Of a stretch of DNA of 30,214 bases, positions 15,736 to 23,343 are shown in pieces (the stretch's first letter is position 1; each line of letters begins with the position of its first letter). The DNA is from a virus. Taxonomy: Duplodnaviria; Caudoviricetes. Under the pieces are notes generated by a model. The model did no database searches, was not told the DNA's origin, and saw only the letters and a program-made list of their open reading frames with translations. The stretch lies in IMG/VR virus record IMGVR_UViG_3300016484_000158, positions 1 to 30,214 of that record. One strand, written 5' to 3'. Both the position numbers and the translations under genes were made by a program.

Positions 15736-18354
15736 TTAAATTGATGTTATTGTTTCCCACGCTGCCGCTGTTCTTACGCAAAGTTTATTAAGTGTTGTAT
15801 CGTAAACAACAAGACCTGCCGCTGGTGTAGCAATAGCGTTCTTTTGCGTTGTAGTCATTCGTGGCGGAAGGAAGCCTTTTGTTGTGCTTCTTACTTCTAA
15901 TTGAGAAGATGCGTCAATGGTGCTACCACCTACAACTAAATTACCTGCAATTTCACCCCCTGTATTGTGCGTAAAGAAACCCGATTTTAATACTCTAAAT
16001 CTTACTGATCCACCCACTTGCAAACTAATTAAATCAGAAAGTGCAGCACTTGCTGTATCTGTAATGTTTAACTTAAATGCAATAGGTGTTCCTGTTGTAT
16101 TCCAAGTTTGGCTAATATCCAAAGCACTTGTCGCAGCAGTTCCTGTCAGCGTTGCAGGTGTTATTGTAGTTGTTCCACTCACCCTCGCCGTCCCATTCAC
16201 GTCTAATCTATAACCTGCGTCTGTTGTTGTGCCGATGAGGACGTTACCTGTTGTAAAAACAAATTTACCTGCCGATTTTGATGTTAAAGTAATACTTGCT
16301 GCCGTTGCATTGCCAATAGAAATATCAGTTGTAGCTGCGTTAGTAACAGTATTGTTTATGTATGCGTTTGCGTTTGAGTCTCTAATTATATTTGTATATA
16401 ATCTTAATGCTCGAATATCTGTTGCAACATCTAAAGCATAAGAAGGCGAAGCCGTACCAATACCCAACCTACTATTCGTATTGTCCCAAAAGAAGCCTGT
16501 TCCCGACGCCCCAAATAGTACATTACCTGCTGTTGTTTCAATAGCTCTAAAATTTGCTGCTGATGTTAGGGTTGGCGCAATATAAAGACCTCTTGTTACT
16601 CCTGTTGCCGTTCCTGTTTGGTTGATGGTAGGTCTTAAATCTAATCCATACCACTCGGCACTTCCACTTGAAGGAATAAATGAAATGTCAGTATAAAACC
16701 CTCTATACAATCCACTTGTTGGAGCTTGTCCACCACTTGACCAAAAACGTGCATTGGCTGTGTTAGTTGTAGCTGTGCCACCTATTACAAATATATCTGT
16801 GCTGCGAGTGAATCCTAATCTACTTGAGCCGTTAACTTCTAAAGGGACAGTAGGTGCATTTGTTCCAATTCCTAAACGGTTATTTGTATCATCCCAAAAC
16901 AAGTTAGCGTTATCCTGCGCTATCGTTGTTCCATTGCTGAATAGAACGCTTCCATTTGTAAGAGAGGGAAGGTTAAATGTACCAACACTAAAAGTTCTAT
17001 CTGCTGATAAGTCTTGCGTTGTGCCGTTGATTGTAATTGAGCGAGTTGTTGGAACTGGAGTATATCCAAGTGCCGTTTCAACCGTCTTGTTCTTCCAAAG
17101 ACTTGTCGAACTTTCGTAAGTCAAGACCTCGTTGTTCGCAGGTGTTGTTATTTGAACTCCGTGAAGTTCGTCTAATTCGTAGCCGTTTTGGATAGCCAAA
17201 ACAACACGTCCTAAATTTGGATGCGAACGCGCGACGTAACCAATAAACACCGCGTGGTTCGGTTCTGAAGGTGGTGTATTTGCAACCATTCCACCTGCCG
17301 TTGTTGCGCTCAACCATAGCGTGTCCCCCGCCGTGAATGCGCTTGTATCTAAGTCGTGTAAAGTTCCATTAACCGCAATCTGTCCGTCTGCATTATTCGC
17401 AATATCCGAAACGACCATTCCGATAGTCTTCGAAGAAGTCGCTTCGGTGTTTGCTTGTGCAAGAACTGCGTTAGGTCGGTTTCCTGTTGCGCCACTCAAA
17501 TAGACTATTTGTCCCTTCGTTAGCGTTGAGCCTGTGCTATTGCGAACAACAATCTGAATACGTTCTGCGCTGTCAACTACTCCGTCAACGTCAGTATCGT
17601 AAACGCTTTTGAACATATCACCTTTCAACGCTATTTCAGTCTGAAGGTCGTCGATTGCTGATTCAATGTCTATAATCGTTTGACACGTTCCAATCGTTGC
17701 ACACGTTAAACCCACTTCGTCGGTCAGTAAGTACCAACCGCGCACCCCTTCGTCGTTCGTTCCGTAGTAGTAGTTCGGAGCAGGGTTTGCTTCGTCGTTT
17801 ACAAGCGACACGTTGCCGTATTCGTCGCGTGTGATACTATCGATGAAGGTCAAGATTGATCCTGTACCACCACTTCCACTCTCGAACATATCGTTCCACT
17901 CCGCAGGAATAGAACACGCGTCCCAATAGTAAGGAACAAGAAGTTCTAAACTAACTGTCCAACCTGTTAACGTGTTGTGAAATTCTTCAAGGAATGGTTC
18001 AAGGCTTACGTTTTGAACTGTGATTAAGTCGCCGAATAAAACGCGGTGGTTTGTAATTTCGGCAACCAAGTCTTCTGCTATTCTTTGAAGGTCAGATAAG
18101 ACCTCACGTTGAAATTCAACCTTATCGTCCTTATCTCTCGGAAGGTCAGCAAGGACAATCTGAAAAGAGAATGTCTTCGTTCCTTGTGCATACGTTACGT
18201 TCGAAGGAACAACGTGCATAAACGGATACTGCGTGAACTTCTCAAGGTCAGCGGTGTCTATCTGTCCGTGAGAGAAAGATTTAAGAATGAAGTGTCCAGA
18301 GGCAAAAGCCTTGAATCTATCTATAAGCGCGTTGTAGCTTTGTACGTTCGACAT
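15736..18354 (-). CDS. Tail-terminator-like domain fused to a fibre
   Basis: The N-terminal ~150 aa (YPFMHVVP, FSFQIVLAD, EPF.E.F...LTGW, CSIP) are followed by a GSGGTG linker, Thr/Gly-rich fibre repeats (FWD.TN.RLGIGT) and a GFLPPRMTT...GLVVYDT module. Confidence 0.75.
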   Translation of the reverse strand: MSNVQSYNALIDRFKAFASGHFILKSFSHGQIDTADLEKFTQYPFMHVVPSNVTYAQGTKTFSFQIVLADLPRDKDDKVEFQREVLSDLQRIAEDLVAEITNHRVLFGDLITVQNVSLEPFLEEFHNTLTGWTVSLELLVPYYWDACSIPAEWNDMFESGSGGTGSILTFIDSITRDEYGNVSLVNDEANPAPNYYYGTNDEGVRGWYLLTDEVGLTCATIGTCQTIIDIESAIDDLQTEIALKGDMFKSVYDTDVDGVVDSAERIQIVVRNSTGSTLTKGQIVYLSGATGNRPNAVLAQANTEATSSKTIGMVVSDIANNADGQIAVNGTLHDLDTSAFTAGDTLWLSATTAGGMVANTPPSEPNHAVFIGYVARSHPNLGRVVLAIQNGYELDELHGVQITTPANNEVLTYESSTSLWKNKTVETALGYTPVPTTRSITINGTTQDLSADRTFSVGTFNLPSLTNGSVLFSNGTTIAQDNANLFWDDTNNRLGIGTNAPTVPLEVNGSSRLGFTRSTDIFVIGGTATTNTANARFWSSGGQAPTSGLYRGFYTDISFIPSSGSAEWYGLDLRPTINQTGTATGVTRGLYIAPTLTSAANFRAIETTAGNVLFGASGTGFFWDNTNSRLGIGTASPSYALDVATDIRALRLYTNIIRDSNANAYINNTVTNAATTDISIGNATAASITLTSKSAGKFVFTTGNVLIGTTTDAGYRLDVNGTARVSGTTTITPATLTGTAATSALDISQTWNTTGTPIAFKLNITDTASAALSDLISLQVGGSVRFRVLKSGFFTHNTGGEIAGNLVVGGSTIDASSQLEVRSTTKGFLPPRMTTTQKNAIATPAAGLVVYDTTLNKLCVRTAAAWETITSI

Positions 18355-19074
18355 AATTGTAGTCTATTAAGTAAGTCATAAATGTAAATATTTCCCACGC
18401 ACTTTTTTCCGTAATTGCGTCCAATTTTGTTATATCCCTTCCACACGCTTCCATAAATAAGTGATACCAACCATAACGTCCGAGCACTTGGTTTAGTCCT
18501 TCTCGGTCGTCAATTCCTGCATCTCCTTCGTCAACTTCTGCACCTCTGTCTCCAAATAATCGAGCGAAGTGTTGTTTAGTTCGTTGAGCAAAGTCGAAAA
18601 AAAAAGCATCGCACCGTTGAATTGCTCAAGTGTCATTTGTTCAACGTACTCCTCAACTAACTCTCTATTTTGTTTGCTGTGAGGAACTATTGTGTACTTC
18701 TTTCCCACGCGCTTGTCTATTGGTCGGTAAAGCGTTCCCATAATCTTTACGATGTTTGCGTTCACGTCAGAAGCCCACGTTGAAATGTCAGCATATTCGC
18801 CCATTGAGATAGCGTAAAGGTCGGGAATGAACCCGAAGTCCTTATCCTTAATCGTGATTGTCTCAAAGAACTTTGCGCTTTCGTTGAGCAATGTTTCTTC
18901 AAACGCAGTAATTAAAACGGGCAAGTGTTGAAAGGGTATCTGTTCCGCTTGTTCTTTCTTCAAGTTAGAAACAGCGACAAGGCGCTCGATGTCGTTTTTC
19001 GCTTGTTTGTAGTCAAGGTATTGTTTGACTGTTACACTTGAATAGTCTGCGGGTATGCTTACTTTTATGCTCAT
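18317..19074 (-). CDS. Tail assembly chaperone G-T (-1 frameshift product, ~252 aa)
   Basis: The -1 frame after the U9 run is open to a TAG at 18319-18317 and reads ...GRYGWYHLFMEACGRDITKLDAITEKSAWEIFTFMTYLID... Confidence 0.75.
18493..19074 (-). CDS. Tail assembly chaperone G
   Basis: IPADYSSVTVKQY, FGFIPDL..ISMGEYAD and LYRP motifs; contains the slippery site at AMLFF. Confidence 0.7.
   Translation of the reverse strand: MSIKVSIPADYSSVTVKQYLDYKQAKNDIERLVAVSNLKKEQAEQIPFQHLPVLITAFEETLLNESAKFFETITIKDKDFGFIPDLYAISMGEYADISTWASDVNANIVKIMGTLYRPIDKRVGKKYTIVPHSKQNRELVEEYVEQMTLEQFNGAMLFFSTLLNELNNTSLDYLETEVQKLTKEMQELTTEKD
18597..18605 (-). other. Programmed -1 frameshift slippery site (U UUU UUU)
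   Basis: In-frame CTT TTT TTT TCG, a run of 9 T on the minus strand. Confidence 0.75.
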
Positions 19075-19116
19075 TCGTTTGTTGTTTAATATCTACAAAA
19101 TTAACTCTTTTGTTGA

Positions 19117-19272
19117 TTAAGATCCACAATAAAAACAACCTTCGTTGTCGTCGTCGATAGTGTTTGCTTCGTTGTATATTCTGATTGCTTCCATTTCAAC
19201 CTGCTCCTTCGTCCACGTTGGATTGAAGGCGCTTATCTGTGATTTCAAGAAGTTTAATTTGTTGTCGCTCAT
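19117..19272 (-). CDS. 51-aa protein ending in an acidic CxxCGS tail (missed by ORF track)
   Basis: MSDNKLNFLKSQISAFNPTWTKEQVEMEAIRIYNEANTIDDDNEGCFYCGS; ATGA-coupled to the upstream gene. Confidence 0.75.
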   Translation of the reverse strand: MSDNKLNFLKSQISAFNPTWTKEQVEMEAIRIYNEANTIDDDNEGCFYCGS

Positions 19273-19412
19273 TTGTTTTCTTCGTAAGTTTTAATACATA
19301 CCGCATAACGTTGGTTAGTATCTGGATATTCAGAAGCCATCTTGTCGTCTGACATACAACGAACAATAAATTCGTTTTTCGCTTCTGCTGTTGTTGGTGT
19401 TGGTATTGGCAT
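19269..19412 (-). CDS. 47-aa conserved phage micro-protein (MPIP...FI.RCM...QR.AVC type; missed by ORF track)
   Basis: MPIPTPTTAEAKNEFIVRCMSDDKMASEYPDTNQRYAVCIKTYEENK. Confidence 0.75.
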   Translation of the reverse strand: MPIPTPTTAEAKNEFIVRCMSDDKMASEYPDTNQRYAVCIKTYEENK

Positions 19413-19414
19413 TT

Positions 19415-19603
19415 TTATACTATTAATTCGTCAATGTTAATACTATGCTCTCGCATCAATTCATTTAGTCGCTTTCTGTTACAATTGCCATTCGACGACA
19501 ACTGCCACAAGACAAGAGCCATATCAGTAGACTTAACGCAACGTAAGTGTTCCATACGATCGTCGAAGTCTGAAAGGTCAAATGTCAATGTTGCTTTGCT
19601 CAC
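19415..19603 (-). CDS. Hypothetical protein (KATLTFDL...CVKSTDMALVLW type)
   Basis: GTGA overlap with the small terminase stop. Confidence 0.65.
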   Translation of the reverse strand: MSKATLTFDLSDFDDRMEHLRCVKSTDMALVLWQLSSNGNCNRKRLNELMREHSINIDELIV

Positions 19604-20016
19604 AATTTGTCGTTGATTATTATTTGTACTGGAGCGTCAGACACACCTGCTAATTCAGTTCGCTCAACATACCCTCGTTTCTTTCCGCGTGTCTTTAAAT
19701 AGAAAATTGTTGCGCTTGTGTTTGGAGCGTCTTGAATACGGATTACTTCTCCGTCTGGAGTTGACACCTCGCGATGCGCTCCCTTAATCAATTCGAACAA
19801 CTGACTTTCCGCGAAGTCAATAGCAAGGTCGGTTAATGATTCAACCTGTGCGCGATATTCTTCGTCTTCTTGCAACCAACGATAGTGTGTGCGTCTATCT
19901 ATTCCAACAACTTCACAAGCGGTTGTGACCACACCTAACGAGTTTTCCAATGCTTTTAGCATAGCGCTCTTTTTAAGTGTGACATTCTGCGACTTTGTTT
20001 CTTTCTTCTCGCTCAT
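19600..20016 (-). CDS. terS: Terminase small subunit (putative, HTH)
   Basis: LGVVTTACEVVGIDRRTHYRW HTH, DFAESQL and ATIFYLKTRGKKRGYVER motifs. Start ATG at 20016. Confidence 0.7.
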   Translation of the reverse strand: MSEKKETKSQNVTLKKSAMLKALENSLGVVTTACEVVGIDRRTHYRWLQEDEEYRAQVESLTDLAIDFAESQLFELIKGAHREVSTPDGEVIRIQDAPNTSATIFYLKTRGKKRGYVERTELAGVSDAPVQIIINDKL

Positions 20017-20022
20017 ATAATT

Positions 20023-20030
20023 CAAATATA
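20023..20030 (-). promoter_or_regulatory. -7 box upstream of terS
   Basis: TATATTTG ends 6 nt before the ATG. Confidence 0.5.
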
Positions 20031-20061
20031 AAACTTACCCTCGTTTACTTTTCGAAGGTAA
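20028..20061 (-). terminator. Intrinsic terminator after the 20065-20418 gene
   Basis: TTACCTTCG-N9-CGAGGGTAA followed by GTTTTATATTT. Confidence 0.5.
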
Positions 20062-20064
20062 AGA

Positions 20065-20418
20065 TTATGTCAATTTACTCTTGAAATGGTTAATAACTTG
20101 CTCCATTTTAGAATCGTAGTATTTAGAGAACGTGTTGAACCCTTCGTTGTCCAACTCGAAACAACGAAACATAACCCCTCTTAAACGTTGTGAAGGCTTC
20201 TTTAACGTATCTTCTAACTCTGACTTAAGACTTTCTACCACTTCTAACTCTTCGCGCTTAAAACTCTCGTCTTTAAACGCAAGATAACCGAACTGATTAG
20301 CGATAGTAAATAGTTCTGACGCTTGAGCAGGTGTTAACTCATTTGTTCCAAAGGTCAACTTTAACGTTTTGTCCTTTCGTGTAGTAACGGCTTCGAGTTG
20401 AGCTGGGATTAAAATCAT
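20065..20418 (-). CDS. Conserved phage hypothetical protein
   Basis: TRKDKTLKLTFGTNEL and KKPSQRLRGV motifs. Confidence 0.75.
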   Translation of the reverse strand: MILIPAQLEAVTTRKDKTLKLTFGTNELTPAQASELFTIANQFGYLAFKDESFKREELEVVESLKSELEDTLKKPSQRLRGVMFRCFELDNEGFNTFSKYYDSKMEQVINHFKSKLT

Positions 20419-20422
20419 ACAC

Positions 20423-20453
20423 TAAAGATACGAAATGAATTATTAACATTCAA
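20423..20453 (-). promoter_or_regulatory. sigma70-type promoter (leftward)
   Basis: TTG-N20-TATCTTTA, ending 4 nt before the ATG at 20418. Confidence 0.55.
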
Positions 20454-20495
20454 TAGTTGTTGAAATGTATTTGTATTTTGTTTCATTGCTTTAAT

Positions 20496-20503
20496 TATAT
20501 TTG
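20496..20503 (+). promoter_or_regulatory. -7 box (rightward) for the structured RNA region
   Basis: TATATTTG directly precedes the first helix at 20506. Confidence 0.55.
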
Positions 20504-20505
20504 AA

Positions 20506-20940
20506 TACTCGATTTTCTTCAAAGCATTGCCCCAAGCATTGTGCTGATTTTAAGTAATCGAGTACGGTGTGCGGGGCAACTTCTTTTATAGCAATTTGAG
20601 AAATGGTCTTGTCCACATTCAACCCATACTAACGAAGTGAGAAGTTAGTGAATGAACGTGATAATTAGAAGGAAGGTTATTTGTAGTGGTAGAGAATGTG
20701 AATGAGTTTCATTCTTGAGATTATACACTTAACCAGTAACAACAGTTATAAATAATCCAAGCAATGCAGAGGTGCAACTTGGGGGTGAAACTTGAAGAAG
20801 TTAACTGATTGCCCATCTACCCTGTGGGATCTTCTGAATTATGAGTAACTACTAATCACTATTAAGTAGTAGTTAAAAGGAATACTGATAAGGCATAAAT
20901 GCGAGTTTAATGTCTTTTCACCCATAAACCTTTCTATGTC
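20506..20940 (+). ncRNA. Large structured non-coding RNA or 5' leader of unknown class
   Basis: This is the longest ORF-free stretch of the genome and contains at least 8 visible helices, including long-range GGGTGAAA/TTTCACCC. Confidence 0.55.
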
Positions 20941-20954
20941 CATAACTAAAATAT

Positions 20955-21182
20955 ATGAGTAAAATAAACAAGAAAGCAAAGCAAGAATTATTCATTCAAT
21001 TGCTTACTAATTACAAGATAAACAATGTTATTACTTGGCATCACTTCCAACACGGACACTTTCGCGTTTTCACACCGAATAAGACCGTCGATTTCTTTTT
21101 GAGTGGTATGCGTTGGCACGACATCAATAAGAACACCAGAGGCGACGTATCGAGTTTAGAAGACTTTCACTTGTATATCTAA
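20955..21182 (+). CDS. 75-aa hypothetical protein (H.RV....DF.....RW......RG type)
   Basis: Has an A-rich leader and is the sole ORF downstream of the structured RNA. Confidence 0.65.
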   Translation: MSKINKKAKQELFIQLLTNYKINNVITWHHFQHGHFRVFTPNKTVDFFLSGMRWHDINKNTRGDVSSLEDFHLYI

Positions 21183-21616
21183 TCGATATTCACTTCAACG
21201 TCAGCCATCGATTCAAGAAACGTCTTGATGTCTTTCTTCACACACGCGCCACACGTCGAACGCTCGTTATAAGCGCCTGTTGCCTTGTCTTTGAAGGTAT
21301 AGAACTTACTCAAGTCTATTGCGTCAATCCTGCCCTTCTTTTGAGCGTCAAGTAAGAATGTCTTGAACTTTATTTGTTCTTCAAGTGTCAACGTTCCGTC
21401 CCACTTACTCGCAGGACAAGATGCGAAAGATAGTTTAGCCTTAACCGGCATAACGCAGCCACATAACTTAATTGTTTTGCGTTTGAACTTTACTTCGATT
21501 TCTTCTTCTGCTCCTACGATTAAAGAACCGCACGACTGCGTTGTTGCTTCGAAGAATTTACAAGCGCGGCAGATATCTAACCTGCGCTTATATTCATTGT
21601 GTTTTACGAATAACAT
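21179..21616 (-). CDS. Cys-rich putative Zn-binding protein
   Basis: RRLDICRAC, CG, LCGC, CP..KW and CGAC motifs. Confidence 0.75.
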   Translation of the reverse strand: MLFVKHNEYKRRLDICRACKFFEATTQSCGSLIVGAEEEIEVKFKRKTIKLCGCVMPVKAKLSFASCPASKWDGTLTLEEQIKFKTFLLDAQKKGRIDAIDLSKFYTFKDKATGAYNERSTCGACVKKDIKTFLESMADVEVNID

Positions 21617-22097
21617 TTGCTCTAATTTTTTGTTTTATATTATCTATTGTCCTGTAAAGAAAAGGCATCGGTATCCCTGTTTGTTTTGAGAGTTCACGAT
21701 AGGTAAAATCTTCGAGAATATATTCTTGAAAGATAAGACGTTCAAACTCACTCAATCGACTAATTAGAATATCCAGCTGCTCGTTTGTCATTCGATGACC
21801 TAACCAAGTCTTGTCAACTTCGTGCGCGTAATCTTTGAAGTCGCGTCGGTTTCTATTCCACGCTATCGTTTGTTTGTAGAACGGTGACGTTGGACTGTTC
21901 ACCGACAAATACATCACGCGAATAAGATAGAACTCGAAGTCTCCTGTGTCAATTAAGTTTTCGATATGCTTCGAACCAAACATAGAAAGTAAAGAGTCGT
22001 GCAAGAGATCCTCGTAAAAAGGTTCTTTACGCGCGATGTTATACGCAAGTTCTTTGAACTTTTTGTAGTGTCCTTCTATGTAGTGGTCAAGTGTCAA
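21594..22097 (-). CDS. ECF-like RNA polymerase sigma factor
   Basis: Region-2-like EDLLHD..L and FEFYLIRV; region-4 HTH LSEFERLIF...TYRELSKQTGIP...YRTI. Confidence 0.75.
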   Translation of the reverse strand: MTLDHYIEGHYKKFKELAYNIARKEPFYEDLLHDSLLSMFGSKHIENLIDTGDFEFYLIRVMYLSVNSPTSPFYKQTIAWNRNRRDFKDYAHEVDKTWLGHRMTNEQLDILISRLSEFERLIFQEYILEDFTYRELSKQTGIPMPFLYRTIDNIKQKIRANVIRKTQ

Positions 22098-22504
22098 CTG
22101 CTGAAGTATTCGTCTATTACTTTAATTGCTTCCTCGTTTCCCTTACAAATATAAGAAGCGTAACCCCTGTTTCTCAATTGCTCCTGCCACCATTTCTGTT
22201 CTGGAGACGCAACACCGCCTTTCTCCTTCTTCATTTCTATTGCTAATCCTTTGTAGTCCTGCGTTGGTTCGTAGATAAATAAGTCGGGAAAGCCTTTGAC
22301 GTAACCGGTGCGCTTCATTTTAATTGCTTGTAAGTAACTTGTTCGCATACCACCTGCGGAAGCGCAATACAAAGCGGTTGGGTATGCTAAACGAAGGTAC
22401 TTAACGACAATCTCTTGCTGATTCGCTTCGCTTTCTGGAGCGATTTTACGCTTCACACTACTTTTTTTGTATGTTTTTTTAAAAGTTTTTACATTCATTT
22501 TCAA
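22094..22504 (-). CDS. VRR-NUC (PD-(D/E)xK) nuclease / Holliday junction resolvase-like
   Basis: ESE..QQ, GYVKGFPDL, AIEMK and SPEQKWW...GY motifs. Confidence 0.9.
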   Translation of the reverse strand: MKMNVKTFKKTYKKSSVKRKIAPESEANQQEIVVKYLRLAYPTALYCASAGGMRTSYLQAIKMKRTGYVKGFPDLFIYEPTQDYKGLAIEMKKEKGGVASPEQKWWQEQLRNRGYASYICKGNEEAIKVIDEYFSS

Positions 22505-22543
22505 CGAGTTAGATATTTTTCTAAAAAAAAGTTTATTTTTTTC

Positions 22544-22574
22544 TTGCGTGTCCTAAATGTTTAGCATATATTTG
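22544..22574 (+). promoter_or_regulatory. Major early promoter (Bacteroidota sigma70)
   Basis: TTG-N20-TATATTTG with upstream A/T tracts, at the strand switch. Confidence 0.75.
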
Positions 22575-22609
22575 TCAAACAATTAACAACAACACCAAAG
22601 ATAAACAAA

Positions 22610-22798
22610 ATGAAAACAACAATCGAACAACAAAAAGAAATCCTTACAAACGTTGCAATTCAACTTTTACAAAAAGGTCAAGATTTTGAAATCGTTAACG
22701 ACTATTTGAAGCAATATGTAATCAATAGCCAATTCGATAGAGACATTAACGTAGATGCAATACGTTATTTAGCAAAGTGTCAATTAGGATTAATCTAA
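22610..22798 (+). CDS. Early hypothetical protein
   Basis: First ORF after the promoter, with an A-rich leader. Confidence 0.7.
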   Translation: MKTTIEQQKEILTNVAIQLLQKGQDFEIVNDYLKQYVINSQFDRDINVDAIRYLAKCQLGLI

Positions 22799-22810
22799 AA
22801 TAGTATACCA

Positions 22811-22860
22811 GGGATGCGACTGACCAACGCATATTTAACTAAAATCAAATATAAACAAAA
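22811..22860 (+). repeat. Hairpin-plus-leader element, copy 1
   Basis: GGG ATGCG-ACTGACCAA-CGCAT ATTTAACTAAAATCAAATATAAACAAAA. Confidence 0.8.
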
Positions 22861-22870
22861 CAAAACAACG

Positions 22871-23176
22871 ATGAAAACAAGAGAATTGATTAAAGCTGGA
22901 ATGGTTAACAATGGAACAAAAGTAATTGTTAACAAAGGTGCGGAATATGAATGCGGAAAGCATAGTGACCATAGAACTGTGGGTTATGTAACTGAACCAT
23001 TTACTGCAACTTGCATAAGTTCACCTAAAATTTATTTAAATTCTAACGGAATCCAAGATTTTGAATATGCTCATTTAACTTGCGTTGATGATAGCGGTGT
23101 GGAATATAGTATAAATGTTGGTCAGTGCAAATACTCGCGCGTTGATAGTCAAGATGACGTTACAATTTTAATTTAA
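22871..23176 (+). CDS. Early hypothetical protein (cassette between the two repeats)
   Basis: The start MKTRELIK at 22871 follows the A-rich leader. Confidence 0.7.
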   Translation: MKTRELIKAGMVNNGTKVIVNKGAEYECGKHSDHRTVGYVTEPFTATCISSPKIYLNSNGIQDFEYAHLTCVDDSGVEYSINVGQCKYSRVDSQDDVTILI

Positions 23177-23184
23177 TTAAACGA

Positions 23185-23229
23185 GGGGCGCGACTCACCA
23201 ACGCGCATTAACTAAAATCAAATAAACAA
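23185..23229 (+). repeat. Hairpin-plus-leader element, copy 2
   Basis: GGG GCGCG-ACTCACCAA-CGCGC ATTAACTAAAATCAAATAAACAA, with compensatory stem changes versus copy 1. Confidence 0.8.
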
Positions 23230-23343
23230 ATGAAAAAAACACTACTCTTTATCGCGATGTTATTCGCAGGAATGTTAATCGCAGGAACGATTGACGAACA
23301 AACAAGACAATTAGAACAACAACCAAATCACACAACAAAATGA
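23230..23343 (+). CDS. 37-aa signal/TM peptide (missed by ORF track)
   Basis: MKKTLLFIAMLFAGMLIAGTIDEQTRQLEQQPNHTTK. Confidence 0.7.
   Translation: MKKTLLFIAMLFAGMLIAGTIDEQTRQLEQQPNHTTK

Noticed and set aside
15736-17000. Diversity-generating retroelement acting on the fibre
   Set aside because: No reverse transcriptase and no template/variable repeat pair were seen; the repeats are ordinary protein-level fibre repeats.
854-18381. Numerous plus-strand ORFs of 60-146 aa within the late region
   Set aside because: They are antisense shadows of well-supported minus-strand genes, with Ser/Phe-rich composition and no leaders.
22814-22870. Upstream ATG for the 22871 gene
   Set aside because: This ATG is part of the hairpin stem and is replaced by GCG in repeat copy 2.
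22811-23229. CRISPR-like or integron attC array
   Set aside because: There are only two repeats, separated by a whole gene, and no cas or integrase gene is present.
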